From: Eledone cirrhosa
Taxonomy: Eukaryota
Length of the DNA stretch: 64,000 bases
Assembly: GCA_964016885.1 (NCBI GenBank)
Contig: OZ024749.1
Coordinates: forward strand, 55,242,001-55,306,000
Reading direction: 5' to 3'
The notes under the pieces are model-generated. The model had not been told where the DNA came from. It was given only the letters and a program-made list of their open reading frames with translations, and did not search any database. Position numbers and translations under genes: made by a program. Each line of letters opens with the position of its first letter. Positions within the stretch are counted from its first letter, which is position 1. This document shows, one piece after another, positions 31,747 to 48,130 of this stretch.

Positions 31747-31911
31747 TGTATATATATGTATATATATATATGTATATTTATATATATATATGTATATATA
31801 TGTATATATACATAAATGTATGTATATATATATGTATGTATATATATATATATCAATATATATATATGTATACATATATGTATGTATATATATATCAATA
31901 TATATATATGT

Positions 31912-31947
<36 letters not shown>

Positions 31948-31961
31948 ATATATATATATGT

Positions 31962-32011
<50 letters not shown>

Positions 32012-32025
32012 ATATATATATATGT

Positions 32026-32063
<38 letters not shown>

Positions 32064-32107
32064 ATATATTGATATATATATATGTGTGTGCGTGCGTACA
32101 TATAAAA

Positions 32108-32140
<33 letters not shown>

Positions 32141-32185
32141 AAAAGAAAGAGTACATTGAAACAAAGAGAAAGAGAAAGAGTACAT

Positions 32186-32259
<74 letters not shown>

Positions 32260-32480
32260 TATCTACAAATAGAATCAGGCAGAGAAATAATTGAAAGATC
32301 TGTAATAGTACATGTAAACCTTTCACCTTTTACCTCCCCATTACCACTTTCTCTCTTTCCACCTCCTTCCTCTCCTCTCTCTCACTCTCTCTCTCACTCT
32401 CTCTCTCTCTCCATATTATCCAGGAGACACACACACAGACACACACACAGAGACATACACACACAGAGAAGCACACATAC

Positions 32481-32515
<35 letters not shown>

Positions 32516-32683
32516 CACACACACAGAGGCACACACTGACACACACACAGTGACACACACCGACACACTGACACAGAGACAGCCACAGTCTAAAGATATA
32601 TAGTAATGTAGCAAAAGGTTATTAAGGCAAGTACTACAATAATCCACCACCTTCACCATTTATCTCCTTACCATTCCAACACA

Positions 32684-32725
<42 letters not shown>

Positions 32726-32907
32726 TTTTCTCTCACTTTCTCTCTCTCTCTATCTCTCTCTCACTCCCCCCTCATACTCCTCCTCTACTGAGAATGAATG
32801 AACAAACTAACGAACGAAGAATATGAAGAATATCAACAAACGAACCAGCTACCACAACCAAACATACACACACACACATATATATATGTATATACATATA
32901 TATATAC

Positions 32908-32939
<32 letters not shown>

Positions 32940-32965
32940 ATACATACATATATATATATATACAT

Positions 32966-33014
<49 letters not shown>

Positions 33015-33038
33015 TATATATATATATATAATACATAC

Positions 33039-33105
<67 letters not shown>

Positions 33106-33240
33106 CATATATACATATATATATATGCTTCTTTAGATAAGTATATGAATGCTTGCATGTGTATAAGTGGGAAATTGGGCATTGCATATGTGCATGTGTG
33201 TCTGAGCGTGTGTAATATATTATATATATATATATTTGTG

Positions 33241-33345
<105 letters not shown>

Positions 33346-33471
33346 ATATTTATGCATGTAAGCGTATTTTTATAATCTTACTGGAATCGTATATATAATC
33401 ACGGAAGAGCACTGAGGGTGGTTGAGTTAAAGACCCACATACCAACATACATGTATCTATTTGTGTGTGTA

Positions 33472-33506
<35 letters not shown>

Positions 33507-33543
33507 GTGAACATGTACGTTTTTGTGCATGTATTTATGTGGT

Positions 33544-33608
<65 letters not shown>

Positions 33609-33611
33609 ATC

Positions 33612-33665
<54 letters not shown>

Positions 33666-34427
33666 GTATCTATATATATATGTATGTATGTATGTATATA
33701 TACACACACATTACAAAGAAATCTTCAAAGGAATACAATCGTAGATATATTTCTTTGATTATACACCATCATTTGGATTCAGTGAAATGGAAGGGGTTTG
33801 TCAATTTATCCCCGTTCCCCCTGTCACCCCCACCTCACCCTCACCCAGCCCCACACCCACCCTCTCCCCGTTTGACATACATACAATGGCATTCGCCTGT
33901 CTCGAACGTACATGTTAAGCTGGCTGTATTTCTGGTTCAGATTAGATTTTTGCTGCTGCATCTACTGCAAACATTACTGCATCTATTGCACCTACTGCTG
34001 CTGCTGCTGCTGTTGCTGTTGTTGTTGTTGTTGCTGTTGTTTATCGTTTTGCATTGCATTTGTTGTTGCTGTTGCTGTTGCTGTTTGTTTGAAGCTGTTT
34101 TGTGTTAATATCCCAGCCTTGACATATAGAAAGAAAAACGTTCGTTAGTGGTTTCATCGTTTGATTGATGTTGCTGTTGTTGTTATTGTTACTTGTGTTT
34201 TGCTTTTTGTTATTGTTATTTAGCCCTAGGCCGATCCTGATTAAGCAGATCTATGATAAAAAAAAACCCATTCCAGCCATGTCCATCCCGTCTGTTTCCT
34301 TCACCACATCACAACCAATGTAGTGTCTAAACCTATATTATCCAATGTAGTCATCGATGTAATTTTTGCTGCCGTATATTAATATATAACCAACGACGGT
34401 ATTGTATCCAATTTCCTATAACAAATA

Positions 34428-34778
34428 CCGTGTTTCCCTTATTATAAGACTGGTCATATTATTTTTCCCTAAAATAAAAACGGCACTGGGGCTCATTTTT
34501 GGGGTAGCGCTTATATTTTTACACAAAAAATAACGGCACAAAATGCTAAAAAGTTTAAAATTTAAGACAGCCATGTCTTAAATTATTAAACTAATTGATA
34601 AAACTAATCTATTATATTAGTATTCAACAGACTCTGGAAATCTGTGTTTTATATTATTTTTTATATTAATTGTTCTTGTAAATATTCACTAGGACTTATT
34701 TTCGAGGTAGAGCATATATTGGACAACATCATGTTAGAGCTTAGTTTTGGAGTAGGTCTTATAATAGAGGAAACATGG
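34428..34778. mobile_element. MITE with ~23-bp TIRs (pogo/Tc2-like)
   Basis: ta|ccgtgtttcccttattataagac ... gtcttataatagaggaaacatgg; the right-hand TA target duplication is missing. Confidence 0.75.
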
Positions 34779-35160
34779 CTTCTTCTCTAAAGACCCTCTG
34801 CTATCCAGCTCTCCTGAGAGTTTTTTCTCTGAACACCTTCTGCTGTCCACCTCTCCTGGGAGTTTCTTCTCTGAAGGCTTGTTGCTGTCCAGCTATCCTG
34901 AGAGTTTCTTCTCTGAACACCTTCTGCTGTTCAGCTCTCCTGAGAGTTTTTCCTCTGAACACCTTCTGTGTCCACCTCTCCTGAGAATTTTTTCTCTGAA
35001 CACCTTCTGCTGTCCAGCTCTCCTGAGAGTTTCTTCCCTGAAGACTTTTTGCTGTCTAGCTCTCCTGAGATTTTCTTCTCTTTAGACTTTTTGCTGTCCA
35101 GCTCTCCTGAGAGTTTCTTCTTTGAAGACCCTCTGCTGCCCAGCTCTCCTGGGGGTTTCT
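34779..35160. repeat. ~39-41-bp minisatellite
   Basis: ttcttctctgaagaccctctgctgtccagctctcctgagagt-like units, about 9 copies. Confidence 0.9.
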
Positions 35161-35315
35161 TACCATAAGTGTATATATAAGTTCACATGAAATAACTCGT
35201 CCAATTCTCTTTAACAGTATTTATACTTTCTGGAACTCTCTTAATCCCCACCTTTTCCCAACATGCAAAAATTTACATCAACATCAACAGTCTGGCTGGC
35301 CTGCAAATATTATAC

Positions 35316-35685
35316 ACACCCCGCCCTAAAATGTGGAGAGACACCCCGTGTTATAAAGTAATGTGACACATGCCCTATAAAGTGGGGAGACACCTCGCCC
35401 TATAAAGTGGTGAGACACCTCGCCCTATAAAGTGGTGAGACACTCTGCTCAATAAAATGATGACACACACCCTTTAAAGAGGTGAGACACCCCGCCCTAT
35501 AAAGTAGTGAGACACACCACCCTATGAAGTGGTGAACAACAAAGACACCCTCATATAAATTGGTAATCACTAAAGACACACCACCATTAAGTGGTAAGAC
35601 ACACCACCATTAAGTGACAAGACACACCGCCATATGAAGTGGTAAGACACACCGCCATATGAAGTTGTAAGACATACCGCCATTA
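35316..35685. repeat. ~23-25-bp minisatellite
   Basis: gagacacctcgccctataaagtggt-like units. Confidence 0.85.
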
Positions 35686-35974
35686 ATATCTCCCCAACAA
35701 ACTATGAACATCAGCAATGACAGACGAAATACGAAATGTAAAATATCGTTAGATAAGTTTTACATGTAACTAATAGAGAATATGATAGGATCTCCGTACA
35801 ACCTCATTTATATTAATTATGTATTGTATCTCATTAATATTAATTAGATGGCACAAGATTCTGATAATAATCAAGGATGTGATCATTTATAAATTATATA
35901 GAAGTATAAATACCTTGTCTTATACTCTGCTATATATTATAGAATGTGATACGAATTGTGGGTTATTGTTATAA

Positions 35975-36123
35975 ATGTTACTCCCTATACGATCTGAGTT
36001 CAAACCTAACAGAGGTTAACTTTACCTTTCATCCTTATAGTGTCGATAAAATAAAGTACCAGTAATGCACTGGGGTCGAATAAATCGCCCCCTCTCCCAA
36101 AAGACTGTTAGGCTTGTGCCTAA
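35975..36123 (+). mobile_element. tRNA-derived SINE
   Basis: gagttcaaacc and gtcgataaaataaagtaccagtaatgcactggggtcga. Confidence 0.75.
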
Positions 36124-36137
36124 CATATATATATATA

Positions 36138-36184
<47 letters not shown>

Positions 36185-36188
<4 letters not shown>

Positions 36189-36371
36189 TTAATATAGAAG
36201 AGATTCTACAGGACTAGAACTGTTTCATTCATTAGAAATCATCCTGATGATTTCTAATGAATGAAACAGTTCTAGTCCTGTAGAATCTCTTCTATATTAA
36301 AACTGTTATACTCTGCTATGTATTGAGTACCTTACTTACTGTGGTTACCTCCGATTCAACCCGGAATAACG
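36185..36371. mobile_element. Family C fold-back element (C2) with hammerhead core
   Basis: Arms at 36185-36243 and 36246-36304; CUGAUGA (36244)-uuucuaaugaau-GAAA-caguucuag-UC (36277); tail contains ttgagtac. Confidence 0.85.
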
Positions 36372-36539
36372 TATATATATATATATATATATAAAAATTG
36401 GCGAGCTGTGTTGTTGCAAATAAGTACAATGAAAAATTAGAACTAGCTTCTATTTCTAATTTTTCATTTTTCATTGTATATATATATATACATTAGTATG
36501 TTCACCTGCCTTTATATATATATATATATAATATATATA

Positions 36540-36580
<41 letters not shown>

Positions 36581-36589
36581 TATAGATAT

Positions 36590-36891
36590 GAGGGTTTTAA
36601 AAAAAAAAAACGAGATGTCCCACACGGGTGAATGTATAAGGGAAAGAAATTGAAAATGGAACTGGAGTCTTTTAAGAATATTTATTTATTTCCTTTGCCG
36701 GTTTCACAGTTCTTATGATTTTCAAAAGTAAAATTGAGATGGAGGGTTTGTGTTTCTGTGTGGTTTGTCTCGCAAACCTCAACAGAATCACAACAGGAAC
36801 ACAAACACTCCATCTCAATTTTACTTTTGAGAATCATAAGAACTGTGAAACCGGTAAAATAAATAAATAAATATTCTTAAAAGACTTCAGT
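36590..36891. mobile_element. Family G fold-back element with diverged arms
   Basis: ~36661-36760 is inverted relative to ~36793-36891; GAAA-CCGG-UA at 36847-36856; homologous to 12151-12355. Confidence 0.75.
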
Positions 36892-37135
36892 CGCCGCAGA
36901 AAAGTTATGGTTCTTCTTTCAAACCACTGACTATGTTGACTAAAATGTCGGATGTCTAGTTAAAATGCAGATGCAGACCTGATATGGAAACAAGCCAGAA
37001 GCGATTGACACCATCTTGTAATGATAACGTTGGTGGTCTCTTCTCTGTCTACTCATCATCCGTGAGTTTGTATCTCTCATTAACCATCTCTACCATTAAA
37101 ACCCTCCCTCTTTCTTTCTTTCTCCCCCCCTCTCT

Positions 37136-37294
<159 letters not shown>

Positions 37295-37303
37295 ATGTGT
37301 ATG

Positions 37304-37361
<58 letters not shown>

Positions 37362-37386
37362 GTTTTCTTAAGGCTAAATAGTGAAT

Positions 37387-37433
37387 CTTGTTACTTTTGG
37401 AGTTTCGCCTGCTTCTCAATGTTTTCAGACAAG
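37387..37433 (-). ncRNA. Degenerate hammerhead motif (family H) in a TA-flanked 75-bp insert
   Basis: cttgt-CUGAAAA-(15 nt)-GAAA-cuccaaaag-UA-acaag. Stem I is perfect, core G8 is changed to A and stem II is weak. Confidence 0.5.
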
Positions 37434-37469
37434 TTTTATATATATATATATATTTATATATACATATAT

Positions 37470-37656
37470 ATGGTAGCACAGTGGTCTGGATAACCAAAGA
37501 TGTGGGTTCGACTTCCGTGTACGTCAATACTCATCTTTTTCCATTTATCTGAGGGTTCTAAACCCCATTATCAGACTAAAATTTCTTTAGTCAAAAGTAC
37601 GGTGAAAGCTATTCTATTTTCTAATTTCAAACCTGCTCACTGTTTCAAAACATACT

Positions 37657-37660
<4 letters not shown>
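37470..37660 (+). mobile_element. TA-flanked insert with a tRNA-like Pol III head
   Basis: A-box tagcacagtgg and B-box ggttcgacttcc. Confidence 0.5.
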
Positions 37661-37698
<38 letters not shown>

Positions 37699-37864
37699 TA
37701 TATATATATATTATATATATATATATTATATATATATATATATGGGGGGGGGGTGACCTCTCTCTCACTCTTTCCTCCTTCACTTCCTCTTGGTTCTTTA
37801 TTTTCAGCATCTTCTCAACTTCTGAACTTACATATATCATCACTCACACACAGACACAGACTCA

Positions 37865-37963
<99 letters not shown>

Positions 37964-38253
37964 ATCATTATCATCATCACCATACACATACCCCCTACAT
38001 ACACATAAACACAGTAGATTTAGAAATGAAATAAAGATAAGAAAGTATACGTACGAACATTAGAGATGGATGAAATTGAGGATTTATGAAAGATGTACGA
38101 AAACGAGGCTGCCTTATAGATGAAAACGAGGCTGTGTTGTAGTGATGCTCCAGTGGATAGGAATTACTTGAAGAATATGTGTGTGCGTATGTGTGTAGAT
38201 TGGCATGCATATATATATAGGAGTGTAGGTGGTATTTGTAGTGTGCATGTCCC

Positions 38254-38319
<66 letters not shown>

Positions 38320-38601
38320 GTGTCTGCGTGTTTGTGTGTATGTGTATGAGTGTGTGTTTGTTTGTATGTGTGTGCGTGTGAGTGTGTGTTTGTTTGTGAG
38401 TTTGTGTGTGTGTGTGTCTGTGTGTGTGGGTGTTTGTGTGCGTGTGTGTGTGACGTAATCCTGATGGAACCGGAAATGAAGTGACGTCAGCTGTCTATTT
38501 GATTCACACAAGTTAAACCCCCTGAGGGCTGGGACCTCACACCAACATGTACTATAATGTGGGGCTGTCAGATATTGGACAGTAGCAGCAGTAGCAGCAG
38601 T

Positions 38602-38666
<65 letters not shown>

Positions 38667-39181
38667 TAATGGGCAGTGTCGGTTAGGGAGACAAAATTGT
38701 GATGAATTACTCAGGGAGACTAATGGGACAGCGCAGTAGCGGCAGCAGCAGATGATGATGATGATTATTATCAAAATGATGATGGCGATGATGATGACGA
38801 TGATGACGATGACGATATGAGGATGATGATGATGATGATTATCAAAATGATGATGGCGATGATGACGACGATGATGACGACGATGATGATGATGATGATT
38901 ATCTAAATGATGATGAGCTCCTATGAAGAGAAAAATACCCCCAAAATGACGACAAGACTAATTTCATTTCTTGTGTAGACAGAAAATACAATTGTTTCGT
39001 CAGATATGTAATGTGTGTGTACCAGCGTTTAACTTGTTGTTGTTGTTGTTGTTGTTGTTGTTTCTTCTTCTTCTTCTTCTTCTTCTTCTTCTTCTTCTTC
39101 TTCTTCTTCTTCTTCTTCTTCTTCTTCTTCTTCTTCTTCTTCTTCTTCTTCTTCAAGAACCACCAACACCACCGCCACTCT

Positions 39182-39243
<62 letters not shown>

Positions 39244-39337
39244 TCTTCTTCTTCTTCTGGTTGTTGTCTATTTATAGATACATTCTATTTAAATGTCCCT
39301 ATACTATGTTATATATTATATTATATTATTGGAAATA

Positions 39338-39518
39338 ATTGTTTCTACTTTTGGTACGAGGCCAGCAATTACCCAGTGCATTACTGGTACTTTATTTTAT
39401 CGACCCCGTAAGGATGAAAGGTAAAGTCAACCTCGGCGGGATTTGAACTCAGACCGTAAAGGGACGTAACTACGCCGGAAAGCATGGCGTCCGACTCTCT
39501 ACCGATACTGCCAATCCA
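39338..39518 (-). mobile_element. tRNA-derived SINE, near full length
   Basis: Reverse complement closely matches 23034-23225. Confidence 0.85.
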
Positions 39519-39665
39519 CGTATCGTTCCTGGTGTGAAGTTTCTGAGGATGGGGGGGGGGGGGTGATGAGTAATGATGTAGAGAGACAATATGTACAGGA
39601 GTGACTCTGTCTGATCACTCCTGTTGTATAAATATGAGGGGGTTAACAGACAGTGTGTGTGTAGT

Positions 39666-39703
<38 letters not shown>

Positions 39704-39970
39704 TACACAAATATTTGTATATGTATAAATATTTGTATACATACATATGTATATATGTGTCAGTGTGTTTGTATTTGTATGTGTGTATTAGCATGCAAGC
39801 ATTTTGTGTGTGTGTGTATGTCAATTCCTATGAGTATGTGTGTTTATCTGTGTGTGTGTGTTTAGGTGTGTATGTGAGTTTATGTGTGCGTGTGTGTGTG
39901 TATGCCAGTCTACAGAGTGGAGTAACCAATTAATTAAAAATAGACATAGAGAACGAGGAAGGGAAAGTTT

Positions 39971-40045
<75 letters not shown>

Positions 40046-40390
40046 AGGTTGGGAGTAATAATAATGTTTTTTTTCATTTTAATAAGGTGTATTTTATTAA
40101 TAATGCAGTTTTAAAAAAAACTCTCGTGGTGAATCAGAGGGAAAATTAATTCCATCAATTTCTTGTATCACAAAAATAGCAAATATACAGATAAACATGC
40201 AGAAACACACATACATAGATGAGTACACATACACACATACAGACATACACAGATGTATATATGTACATATACACACATACACACATGTATACATGTACAC
40301 ACATGCATACATGCACACATGCATACATACCCATATATGCATACTCATTTACACACGTGTGTACATATATATATACATACATACATTCAC

Positions 40391-40426
<36 letters not shown>

Positions 40427-40989
40427 GCGTATGTTCATATATAATACATACATACATACATACATACATGTATACATGCAAGCATTTATGCATACATACG
40501 TACATACATACATATTTACCCACACACACACTTAAACACACATACATGCATATATTCTGATAGATTGATAAACACATACACAAATAACGAAACATATACA
40601 CTCAGGATACTCGACTGGTGTGTAGAGAAAAATACTCCCCCATACAATTTGAAACCCGTAAGATCCTAACATTACCTGACAAACTCACTATTTCATAGAA
40701 GTAGGGAGTTTGGCAAGGTTCTAGCTTAGAGAAAATACATGAAAATATGTTTAATATCAGTCTAGAGAACGTTCAAGAGTCTTATAGTGTCAGCCAAACT
40801 TTCAAGGAAAGAAACATTATATTTTTTGTTCAATCACCAGTCTGAAGAGCAGATGAATAAAGGAGTCAGGCGAGCCAATCCTTACCGACACGCGCGTAAC
40901 AAGTCGATACACAATAAAAACTAAATACATGCAAACAAAACTTAATCGTTTTTCTTATATACAAACATACACACACACACACACACACA

Positions 40990-41028
<39 letters not shown>

Positions 41029-41100
41029 AGGCTTATATATATATGTGTGTGTGTATGTATGTATGTATGTATGTATGTATGTATGTATGTATGTATGTAT

Positions 41101-41707
41101 GTCAGGTCACCAGTTGGTGCTACTGGTAACATGTATCCCAGTACAACCTGTCTCATGGTTGGGTCGTTGGCGACTAAACTGGCAACCCACCAAGGTTTCT
41201 TGGTGAGGAGGGAGACTTTGGACATCCTGCAGGACTAAAAACAAAACCTGTCAAAGGGCAAAGGAGCTCTTAAGGGTCAATGGCCATCCAAAATCACCGA
41301 GAGAGATTACCCCTTAGCCTTTGTCAAGGCAAAATTCTAGGAGAAGGAAAACTCTGATATAACACCTGCAACCCTGATGGTATCCAATGATGTTGACTTG
41401 TTCTTCTTTTGGTAAATATCATCTTGGTTAAGAGAGTGGGACTGGCTTTGTGCAGTGCCTTTGCTCACTATAAAAGCTTCATGGCACAGGCATTGCTTTG
41501 TATCTGGAGATCACTCTGCACGTGTCGTCACATAGTACCATGGACCCAGCACTATGTGTCAATAATTGTCACAAGTGTAGTGTTTGTACCAGAGTTTTCA
41601 AGTCGCTGGCTGGACTAAAAAGTCACACTCGTTCAGCGCATCGGTAGGGGTTCTCCTACATGGATATAAAGTAGTGGCCGTACTCGAAAACGAGTTGGCA
41701 GCCACCA
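41101..41707. mobile_element. Family J element, copy 3, inserted in (TATG)n
   Basis: Homologous end-to-end with copies 1 and 2. Confidence 0.85.
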
Positions 41708-41722
41708 TGTATGTATGTATGT

Positions 41723-41754
<32 letters not shown>

Positions 41755-42351
41755 GCTGGCATAGAAAGAGATAAATGATCGTATCAAATGGAAAAAATAT
41801 AAGGTGGGTTGGGTATGTTTTAAAAGATGTGAATGGCAGGAGACCCTATTGTGAGTCCCTATTGTGGAAATATATTTCTATCTTGAGAAAAGTAAAATTG
41901 ATGATCTATATTCACTTATCTATTAATCTATTTATTTGTTTTATCTAGTTTATTATTGTTATTTCTAATATGTCGGATTTCTGTATTTGATAGAAGGGTT
42001 TATAAAATATTACGAAAACATCAAAAAATAAGTTGATGACAAAAAGGTTCAAAATTTACTATAAAATTTAAAAAATAAACATATAAGATAACAAATAAAA
42101 ATAAAAATAGAAATACTAACCCCTATTCTAACCCCTATTCTAAAAAAAATGTAAAGGTTTAAAATATATAATAAAACCCCAACAACTATATTAGATAAAA
42201 GGGTTTAAAGAATATTATAAAAACATCGACAAATAAGTTTAGGAAAATAAAATTTTCTTAACAAAAAAAATAATAATAATAATAAATGGAAAAACAAATA
42301 TTAAACAATTACGAACCCCTATTCAACAAAATGCGAAGATTAAAAATAAAA

Positions 42352-43518
<1,167 letters not shown>

Positions 43519-43940
43519 CGTTTATTACGTGTGGTTTCTTTCGTTGGTACAGTACAATATAGTATAATATGGAAAGCCGTGGCGAGGAGGAAAAAGTTAT
43601 AAGATTGTAAGACGTGGTATGGTACGAGGAACAATTACCCTCGCTAAACAACATCGATCCATATTTCTAATCTAATTCACAGACACTTTAATTTCCTCGC
43701 TAACTTCCTCTTCTCTGTTCCGGTTCTGACTAAAGCAGAGAAGCGTCAGAACCTAGGAAATCGCTCTATCAGAACTCCTGACATTGCAGATCAATATCGA
43801 TCACAAATAAATATTGTTGATTGGTTGGAATTTAACAAGAACAGAGCTATGGGGAATTTCCAGAAATTATCTCTTCATTCATATGTTTATTTATTTATTT
43901 ATATATTTATTTATATATTTATACCCACACACACACATAG

Positions 43941-43983
<43 letters not shown>

Positions 43984-44532
43984 CATGTATATTTATATGC
44001 ATATATATATATACACATACACACATATATATACGAATGTGTGTGTGCACATGTGTAAGAATATATATATAAATATTCAAAAGATCCGTCTCTCATTTTC
44101 TGTTGTACCAACAAGCAACAACAGAAACGAGATTCTTTTTCTGAAACAGCAGCAGCATTAACAGCAGCAGCATTAACAGCAGCAGCAACAGCAGCAGCAA
44201 CAGCAGCAGCAGCAGGAACAGCAACAACAACAGCAGCAGACAGTTTATGGTACTTATGTATCGACCTGGATTAACTTTAAACTCATTGCTTGGTCGTTTT
44301 ACTGGTTGGCAGGCCATTGCTGTGTCCTCGGTAGATTGGAGTTTAAGAGAGAAGAGTGTGTAGGACAGGAAGGGGGGGGGGGGGAAGAAGAAGAAGAAGA
44401 AGAAGAAGAAGAAGAAGAAGAAGAAAAAGACCAACATCAACAGCAAGAAATCCCCCTCTATTTTAAACTTTACCTTTCTCCGACCCTTTCTCACTCTTTA
44501 TCTATCTATTTCTCTCTCTCACTCTATCTCAC

Positions 44533-44623
44533 CTGTCTTGCTCAAGGACACAACGTATCACCTGATCGGAGAATCGAACTCACAACTTTTCGAGCCCAAT
44601 ATTCTAACCACTCCGCCATGCGC

Positions 44624-44625
<2 letters not shown>
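44533..44625 (-). mobile_element. 5' head of a different tRNA-derived SINE
   Basis: Minus strand reads aggcgcatggcggagtggttag...gagttcgattctc...gttgtgtccttgagcaagaca. Confidence 0.7.
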
Positions 44626-44665
<40 letters not shown>

Positions 44666-44898
44666 TGTATACATATAGAGAAATATATATATATACCTAC
44701 ATACAGAAGTATATATACATATATATACATACATATATATATATATACCCGTATATATGTCTGTCTATCTATCAATATATATATATGTCTATCTCTCTCT
44801 CTCTATATATATATATCCGTCCATCTATATCTCCTTCCCTCCCTCCTCTCTCCCTCTCTCCCCCTCTCTCTCTCCCTCTCTCTCTCTTCCTCCCTCTC

Positions 44899-44933
<35 letters not shown>

Positions 44934-45515
44934 TCCCCTCTCTCAGTTCTAAAGGATGTCTACGACTCTTTACACTGTAACAATATGATAAACTGAGTGG
45001 AATTTCAATGGAATGAAATAGATTCCCCAGTGCGCAGACTTGAATTCTATCACAGACATTTCACAGTTTGAAATAAATACAAAAATACAGGCGAAGCCAA
45101 CAGACAAACACCTAAATGTTATTAATCATTGTGACGACGATAATGACGATGATGATGATGATAAAGATGGTGGGGGCGGGGTCGGTGACAGTAGAGGTGG
45201 TAGTGATGAGGTCGTGAAGGATTAGGTGGTGGTGGTGGTGGTGGTGGTGGTGGTGGTTCGTTGCTGATTAGGATGAGAAGGATTAAGTGATGGTATTATA
45301 GGTGATGATGGTGGTTGTGATATATATGTGATGTATGTGATAGTGATGATGATGATGATGAAGACCAGCCATCATCATCATCAGCAGCAGCAGCAGCAGC
45401 ATAGTCATGAAACACACCTTCCAGTCAGGATCCCGTCAGAATAACGGACAACCTCCTTTCCTTTACATATATACATATATAGAGAGATATGCATATACAT
45501 AGGCATATACATATA

Positions 45516-45575
<60 letters not shown>

Positions 45576-45577
<2 letters not shown>

Positions 45578-45762
45578 TGGTAGAACACTGGAAGGTAATA
45601 TCCGTAGTGGTAGAGAACTCAGTCCATGGGACGAGTTTGGTAGAAGTGGTTACACAACAGTTAGTTCACCATGGTTCCGTATAACCATGTCCATTACGAG
45701 CTGAGGATCCGCTAAGGTGAAACAATTCTTCTCGGTATGGTGAACTGTTGTGTTACCACTTC

Positions 45763-45764
<2 letters not shown>
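45576..45764. mobile_element. Family F fold-back element with a degenerate hammerhead (45697-45734, +)
   Basis: Arms at 45641-45672 and 45737-45764; cgag-CUGAGGA-uccgcuaaggu-GAAA-caauuc-UU-ctcg; the minus-strand tail contains tgagttc. Confidence 0.7.
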
Positions 45765-45797
<33 letters not shown>

Positions 45798-45913
45798 ATA
45801 TAAACAGTCGATTAACAATATCTCAAACCTCATTCGCTTAAAGAGTGGGGTGGAGCTCGTAAAATCGGACCCGAGGAAACAATGTTTCCATTGGTCCTTC
45901 CAACTGCTAAATA

Positions 45914-45973
<60 letters not shown>

Positions 45974-46880
45974 CCACATATATAATAACTGAGTGGTGAG
46001 AGTGCAGCTGCCATATGGCACTGTGACACGGTGGCACTGTGGACCAGTGGCACAGTTGTACTGTAGAACTATGAGATGCAATCCAACACAAAACCTGTAC
46101 AATGATTCTTTCTTCCTAGAACATACGTTATCAACGATATTGCACTTGCGACATATCGTCTGGTTGGCAGTACATTACAGCTTTGGTCTTGTTTGTAGTC
46201 ACTGCACTGTGAAATTGCAAACAACGTTTCTATTCACTACTTCCTGACTTCCTGACTTATCTAGTTCCTTTAAATTCTAATTATCGAGGCTGAAGACCTG
46301 AAACAAACAAGAAACTTACTGCTCCTTCCAGTGTTGCTTCTACTGTAGTTGGTGCTGCTGTTGCTGTTGTTTTTGCTGTTGTTGGTGCTGTTGTTTTTTG
46401 CTGTTGTTGCTGCTGTTGTTGCTGCTTTTGTTATTGTTGTTGATGCTGTTGTTGCTTCTGTGTTTATTTTGGTTGTATGTACATATAGTGAGATAAGGCA
46501 GCGAATCAGTAAAGTCATTAGAACGTCGGATAGAATAGTTTGCAGTATTCGTTCTATATTCTATAAGCCGTATACAACACCCCTACCACTTCCCCAGGAG
46601 TTACGAGAGCATGCATTTAGTGAAGGCGCCTCACTTTGTGGTTAGGGTGTTAGCTTTACGATATTAACGTCATGAGTTCGATTCCTGGTATATTCTAGAG
46701 ATATATATCTTGTGTTCCCCTGTGCTTTTCATTATACTTCATTTAATTTTATATTCTCCACACTTGAAACTTTTCAATATCCTTCTTTCTACAGAGATAT
46801 ATCCTATATTTATAATTTGACCCTTTCTCGGAAAGGGAAACCACTCTAGCACTGTCAACAATTGACCTACCAATCGTACT

Positions 46881-46951
<71 letters not shown>

Positions 46952-47119
46952 TTCTCTCACACACCCTCTCTGTGTCTCTCTCTCACTTTCTTTCTCACTC
47001 TCTGTCTCTCTCTCTCCCTCCTCTCTCTCTCCTTCTCTCTCTACCGCCTCCTTATACCAGATCTATTGGAGAGATCTACTCCCATATAATACTCACCTGA
47101 GATCTGAAACTTTACAGAG

Positions 47120-47850
47120 ACATGTTGAACTCAATGTCGTTGACTGCAACATCAGCAAAGGTTTCGTCCGTGTCTTGTGAGGTAAATGTCCTCTCAATCT
47201 ATGGACTTCATTTGTGTGTCATCTCCTGGGTTGGTAGCTTCAGCACTAATAGCAGATGTCTAGAGCTCTTGTGATTGTTACGAATGCTAAACCTCTCAAT
47301 CATCGAAGATCTATCATAGAGAAAATGGGTTATAACAGGAACAGCATCCCAAAGGAGTCCTCGTTAGAATGAATAACTCATCATTTTCCGTGAGGGGCCA
47401 AAAATGCTTCAACGCCCCGAAACTAATGACCCTTTCTAAGGCTCTGATAAGCACACAATTGAGCGCTTCTTCAACATCTGGATTGGTGTGCTGCTGTTGC
47501 TCACATTGGTATAGATCATATCTAGAGAAAAGCTATACTTCTATATGGTTATAAATTCCCTTATTGGAGGCTATGGGCCACATGCTGCCTCTTACCTCTG
47601 TTTCTTCTACCAATACTACGTTCTCTTTTCACCGGAGCTTGCTAGTCCCATGACATCTCTTCTTAGGGACTCATGAAACACTCATATTTCCTCCTCTCGT
47701 TACCCATTTTGTGTTCAATCCTTTAATCCTGTGCTAACCACTACGTCCAGTCTTTCTCGTCCAGAATGTCAGAGTTCTAGAGGTCGGTCTATATTCATGA
47801 CCCCTTCAAAGGAAGTGGACCTACAGCGGTGTAAGCGGAACGTTATCGGT
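47120..47850 (+). pseudogene. Decayed CR1/jockey-group LINE ORF2 (RT and C-terminal part, internally deleted)
   Basis: Translations NISKGFVRV (cf. DISKAFDRV), IYGLHLCVISWVGSF, FNAPKLMTLSKALIS (cf. LLxLYKAxIRP), LCFFYQYY, SPELAS and DLQRCKRNV. Confidence 0.75.
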
Positions 47851-47984
47851 AGTGACTTCTCCGGTCTCGGAGGTCCTGTAAAGTTGTTGTATCTTGGAAA
47901 CTATATTTTGTTATCTTACACATGCCTAGAGTTGAGAAAAGAACGTAGAAATAGGAAATTGCGAAAATTAAGTGTGATAGAATT

Positions 47985-48130
47985 GTGAAATATAAGATGT
48001 GTGGTGAGGATGTGAAAGATAGGATGTGTAGAAATGTGAAAGATAGGATGTGTAGAAATGTGAAAGATAAGTTGTGATGGAAATGTGAAAGGTAAGAGGT
48101 GTGGAAATGTGAAAGATAAATGGGATGGAA
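47985..48130. repeat. ~24-bp minisatellite
   Basis: gtgaaagataggatgtgtagaaat units. Confidence 0.8.

Noticed and set aside
34779-35685. Regularly spaced repeats resembling a CRISPR array (also 13280-13675 and 21407-21739)
   Set aside because: There are no unique spacers and no cas genes; these are eukaryotic minisatellites.
46624-46688. tRNA-like A/B boxes (also 37470 and 44533)
   Set aside because: No complete cloverleaf; these are better explained as SINE heads than tRNA genes.
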